Source of the DNA: Planctomycetota bacterium
GTDB lineage: Bacteria > Planctomycetota > UBA8108 > SXIK01
Direction: 5' to 3'
DNA length: 64,000 nt
Assembly (NCBI GenBank): GCA_965223845.1
Contig: CBDCXR010000004.1
Location: forward strand, 2,368,001 to 2,432,000
Positions 60,332-64,000 of this stretch are shown in pieces; position 1 is the stretch's first letter; every line of letters starts with the position of its first letter. The notes under the pieces were generated by a model, which had not been told where the DNA came from, ran no database searches, and saw only the letters and a list, made by a program, of their open reading frames with translations. The translations under genes and the position numbers were made by a program.

Positions 60332-63300
60332 CTACCGCCCGCCGATGACGATATCGAGCTCGAGGTCCGTCTTTCCGACCTTCACCGTCTTTCGGAAATA
60401 GGGCGTCCGATCCATCTTCGCCATCGCCTTCATGTCGAGCGGATTTTCCGGCATGCGCGGGACTTCGAGGATGTACTCGCCCGGATCGACGTCCGGTATC
60501 ACGTAGGTGTCGTCCGGCGCGACGAACCCCGTCCCCGCCTGGAACCGCGCCGCGGCCATCGTCGCCTTCATGTCGGTCGGATCGACATCCTCGGGGCCGG
60601 GGCCGCCGGGACGGCGAAGGGTGACGAGTCGCATCGGAATCGTCTTCGGGAGTCCCCTCACAGATCCGCGAACCGAGCTTCCGACGCCAAAAACGATCTC
60701 GATCTCGCTCTCTCCCTCACCGGTGAGTTCGATCGGTCGGGTCTTGACCGACATCTTTCCTCTCAACGGAGAGCCACCGACCGCGTTCACGAGATATTCA
60801 CCGGCGGCGAGACCAACGAACTTCGCCTTGCCGTCGGCGTCGCTGATCCCCTGCTTGAAACCGTGTCCGAGGAGCTGAACCATGAGCCCGACCTTCGGCT
60901 GCTCTCCTTCGGTCAGCCTCACCGTGAGCTTCCCTCCCTCGGAGAGGACGATGTCGTCGGCGGTGCGTTCGTCCTCGTCGGCGAGTCGGATCGGACGAGG
61001 CTCCGATGCGGCGTAGAGCGGGTGCGAAGCGGCGATGCGGTACGCTCCACTCGCGATGTGCTCGATGCGAAACTCGCCGTCGGCGCCCGAAATCGCGCGG
61101 TTTCTCGGGCTGAGGAACATCTCGGGAAGCATGTTCCCGACGAAGTCGTTCGCATCGTCCGCGTCGACGAGGCGAACCGTCGCGCCCGCGATCGGTGCTC
61201 CGCCGACATCGACGACCTTTCCGCTCACACTCGCGCCGCGCTCGACGACGATCTCGATATCCTCGATGACGTCTCCCGGTGCGAGGTCGAGGACCTTCGA
61301 CAGCCCTCGTGCGTACCCGGGGACGTCAGCTCCGACGCGGAGACGTCCCGGGAAGACCTCTAGGTCGAAGGTACCGTCCGGACTGATCCGTTCGCCGTCT
61401 CGATCGCGTCCGCCGCGCATGAGTGCCGCCATGCTCTCGAGCGGAGCCGACGCCGAGTCGACGGGCGCAGTGCTTACGTTCCCGACCGTGACCGGCTGCT
61501 CGGCCGCATCCACGACGCGTCCGCGCACGCGCGCCGCCCGTTCGAGAACGAGCTCGACGTCGTCTCGACCGGAGGAAACTCCGCTCACCGAGCCGTCGGC
61601 GTACCCGTCGCACTCTGCCTCGAGGCGAAAGGTGGCGCCAGTGATTCCCCGCGCGCTGAATTGGCCTTCGGAATCCGTGATCGCCGTCACGGCGGATTGG
61701 CCGACGAAATCATGCGCGGGGACGATGCGGACGCGTGCGCCCTCGACGGGACCGCCGAGGTCGTCGACGACCGTACCGCCGAGCATGCCATCGGTCGACT
61801 CCGACGCGCCGAGAACGATTTCCACGCCCTCGACATCGCGATCGGAGATCTCGACGTCCTGCTTCACCAGCTCAGCCGACGGAGCGAGAAAGAGCGCCGT
61901 CATCCGGCGCGACGCCTTGAGAGTGTGCGCACCGGACGGGAGACCCTCGAGGTGAAACTCGCCGTTCTGGTCCGTTCGATCCGAACGGGACGTCGCCGCG
62001 AGATCCACGTTCAAGAAGTCTTCGCGAGTCGGGCCGGTCGAGACATGAACCCCCTCGGCGAGCGCGCCGTTCGCATCGATGACGCGCCCGGAGATCGCGA
62101 ATCCGGGCTCGACGACGATGCGAACATCCGCATCCGGCTCCTCCTCGGTGAGCGTCACGATCTCGCTCGCCGCGCGCGGATGGCCGCGCACATCAGCGGT
62201 CGCGCGGAACGCTTCTCCGAACGGAACTCCGCGGATCTCGAACTTCCCCGCGGCGTCACTCCGGACTTCTTTCTCCTCGGCCAGCATCGCGAGGTCGACA
62301 TTCCCGCTCACCGATTCCTCGACGATATCCTCGATGGCGACGCGGCACTCGGCCCGGCCGATCGGCGCGCCGTCGGAGTCGAGGACGACACCGCGGATCC
62401 GCCCTCCCGCTTCGAGTCTAAAGTCGACTCCCGTGGCGTCGACCCCCGCCTCGATCACCACCGTGCGCGCGCGGCTCACCGGCGTCGATACGAGTGTGGT
62501 GTCGCCCGTACGCGCGACCACCGAGTACTTGCCCGGCTTGAGGCCGGTCACCACGTACGTCCCGTCTTCGAACACCGGGACGGCGGGATCTCGCCGGCTC
62601 ACCGGGTTCGTAAAGACCGGCCCATCGTCCTGCGCGGCATCGAACTGGACGATCGCTCCGGCCGCTGGCCGGCCCTCAGCGTCGGTGACCGATCCGAAGA
62701 TGCGCCCCGCCGCGTCGAGGACGAAGTCGAGCTCGAGAACTTGCGGCTGCGCTTCCGCCTCGACGTCGGCGGAGATGAGCACGGTCTCGAGTTCGCGGAT
62801 CTCGGGCGCGTACCCGTCGGCGGCGACGATCACGACGCCCGCGAGCTGGACCGGCTCGGCCGCGTCTCCGCTTCCGTCCGAACCGGGTTCGACGGAGGCT
62901 CCAGCCGGGAGAGGGAGCGAATAACTCCCGTCGTCGCTCGATCGGACGACAACACTGGCCGCAAAAGCGTCGCGCAAGGGAGATGGAACGTCGACCGTCT
63001 CTTCGGCCGTAAACAGGCGATCACGGTGGGCGTGCGCGCGAGCGCGCCGCTCGGAGACGTCGAGCCAGCGCACGAGCGCTCCGCCGATCGGCGCACCGCC
63101 CCGGCCGGTGATCTTTCCCTGGGCGATCAACGTCGAACTCTGGGAGTCCGTCTCGAGCGGAGTCGGGCTCGGCGGCGGAGCGTCCGCGGCTTCCGGTGCG
63201 CCGGCGCCCGACGCGACCGCGGGGTCGCCGCCCTCCGTCCCGTCCGCCGCGGACTCGACCGCCGCGGTCTCGTCGGGCTCGGGGTCGACACCCGGAGGTG

Positions 63301-63421
63301 GATTTGGCGACAACACGAAGAAGAGCCCGAGCCCCACGCAGAGGAGAATCGCAATGGCAAGCGGGACGGCGACGCGCGCGTGTCCTTCGACTCGGATCCG
63401 GTCGGCAATTCGTTCTGACAT
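60332..63421 (-). CDS. membrane-anchored carboxypeptidase-regulatory-like (Cna-B-type) repeat protein
   Basis: N-terminal TM; about nine G.V.D..G.P...A.V ... D..G.F.I.G repeats. Confidence 0.85.
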   Translation of the reverse strand: MSERIADRIRVEGHARVAVPLAIAILLCVGLGLFFVLSPNPPPGVDPEPDETAAVESAADGTEGGDPAVASGAGAPEAADAPPPSPTPLETDSQSSTLIAQGKITGRGGAPIGGALVRWLDVSERRARAHAHRDRLFTAEETVDVPSPLRDAFAASVVVRSSDDGSYSLPLPAGASVEPGSDGSGDAAEPVQLAGVVIVAADGYAPEIRELETVLISADVEAEAQPQVLELDFVLDAAGRIFGSVTDAEGRPAAGAIVQFDAAQDDGPVFTNPVSRRDPAVPVFEDGTYVVTGLKPGKYSVVARTGDTTLVSTPVSRARTVVIEAGVDATGVDFRLEAGGRIRGVVLDSDGAPIGRAECRVAIEDIVEESVSGNVDLAMLAEEKEVRSDAAGKFEIRGVPFGEAFRATADVRGHPRAASEIVTLTEEEPDADVRIVVEPGFAISGRVIDANGALAEGVHVSTGPTREDFLNVDLAATSRSDRTDQNGEFHLEGLPSGAHTLKASRRMTALFLAPSAELVKQDVEISDRDVEGVEIVLGASESTDGMLGGTVVDDLGGPVEGARVRIVPAHDFVGQSAVTAITDSEGQFSARGITGATFRLEAECDGYADGSVSGVSSGRDDVELVLERAARVRGRVVDAAEQPVTVGNVSTAPVDSASAPLESMAALMRGGRDRDGERISPDGTFDLEVFPGRLRVGADVPGYARGLSKVLDLAPGDVIEDIEIVVERGASVSGKVVDVGGAPIAGATVRLVDADDANDFVGNMLPEMFLSPRNRAISGADGEFRIEHIASGAYRIAASHPLYAASEPRPIRLADEDERTADDIVLSEGGKLTVRLTEGEQPKVGLMVQLLGHGFKQGISDADGKAKFVGLAAGEYLVNAVGGSPLRGKMSVKTRPIELTGEGESEIEIVFGVGSSVRGSVRGLPKTIPMRLVTLRRPGGPGPEDVDPTDMKATMAAARFQAGTGFVAPDDTYVIPDVDPGEYILEVPRMPENPLDMKAMAKMDRTPYFRKTVKVGKTDLELDIVIGGR

Positions 63422-63652
63422 TCCTCGCTCCCTCGCGTCTCGCCGGACAGCCCGTCGCACGCAGAGTTTAGTGTTCTCGATCGAGCCCGCGGCGTCCCTC
63501 ACTCCGCTGGACGCCGCCGGACGGCTCGCCCTACGTTCATCAACGCCCCTCACTCGGAGATGTTGCAACGACTTCGCCCGCAGACGAGTTTTTTCGCCGC
63601 CGCCGAAGTCCCCCCGCTCGCGAGCCTCCCCCCGGAGCCCTCGCGGAGTTCC

Positions 63653-64000
63653 TCAGGAACAGCCGCCGAACTGGCACTCGAGGCTGTCGTTCGTCGGATC
63701 GAGACCGCACCGAAGGACCGGCTCGGCCGGTCGCAATCCACCGGCGAAGAGAAAATTGAGGATCCAGATCGCGTCGTTCACGCGGATCCCGCCGTCGTCG
63801 TCCGCATCGGCGGCTTTCGCGCAGGCGGGGTCGACTCCACCGGTGAAGAGGTGCTCGAGGATGGCGACGGCATCCGCGAGGTTCGCCGTCCCGCTCGCGT
63901 CGACGTCGCCTCTTCGAAAGCGCTCGAGAGGCGGCTCGAGCGCTTCCGCGCGCCCGAACTCAGCGACTCCTCCGGTAGCGACCGGTTCGAAATCCTCACC
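63653..64000 (-). CDS. 5'-truncated protein with C-terminal dockerin type I module (absent from the ORF track)
   Basis: Manual translation: ...FRRGDVDASGTANLADAVAILEHLFTGGVDPACAKAADADDDGGIRVNDAIWILNFLFAGG...CGLDPTNDSLEC..GCS*. Confidence 0.88.
   Translation of the reverse strand, partial: GEDFEPVATGGVAEFGRAEALEPPLERFRRGDVDASGTANLADAVAILEHLFTGGVDPACAKAADADDDGGIRVNDAIWILNFLFAGGLRPAEPVLRCGLDPTNDSLECQFGGCS

Noticed and set aside
63550-63999. ORF-track calls 63550-63741 and 63778-63999
   Set aside because: Wrong frames; the real coding frame is the dockerin-bearing 63653-64000 minus-strand CDS.

Overview
High-GC bacterial chromosome segment, most likely from a Planctomycetota lineage (inferred from repeated C-terminal dockerin-type modules, S1 style, sulfatase, DUF1080 and YdjY genes; not verified). 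About 50 genes are supported. Housekeeping: PNP, clpP, purN, larE-cmk-plsC-rpsA, plsY-gpsA-fdhD-pdxS-pdxT, araB, lysA and a complete Rrf2-sufBCDSUT operon. Accessory content: (1) four dockerin-bearing proteins, two also with cohesin-like domains, one of them scaffoldin-like with three; (2) a 1715-aa Ser/Thr kinase-AAA-TPR-sigma54 activator fusion whose activator Walker B reads DG instead of DE; (3) a Wzm/Wzt glycan-export cluster with a sulfotransferase, a GT2 and two methyltransferases; (4) a sulfatase fused to a propeller and an uncharacterised helical enzyme-like domain; (5) a solitary ORF6N-like gene; (6) two copies of a CACGAAGG-type dispersed repeat. No rRNA, tRNA, CRISPR array, integrase or transposase was recognised. 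All assignments come from motif reading by eye, with no database searches. Most long ORFs in the supplied track are antisense or off-frame shadows.
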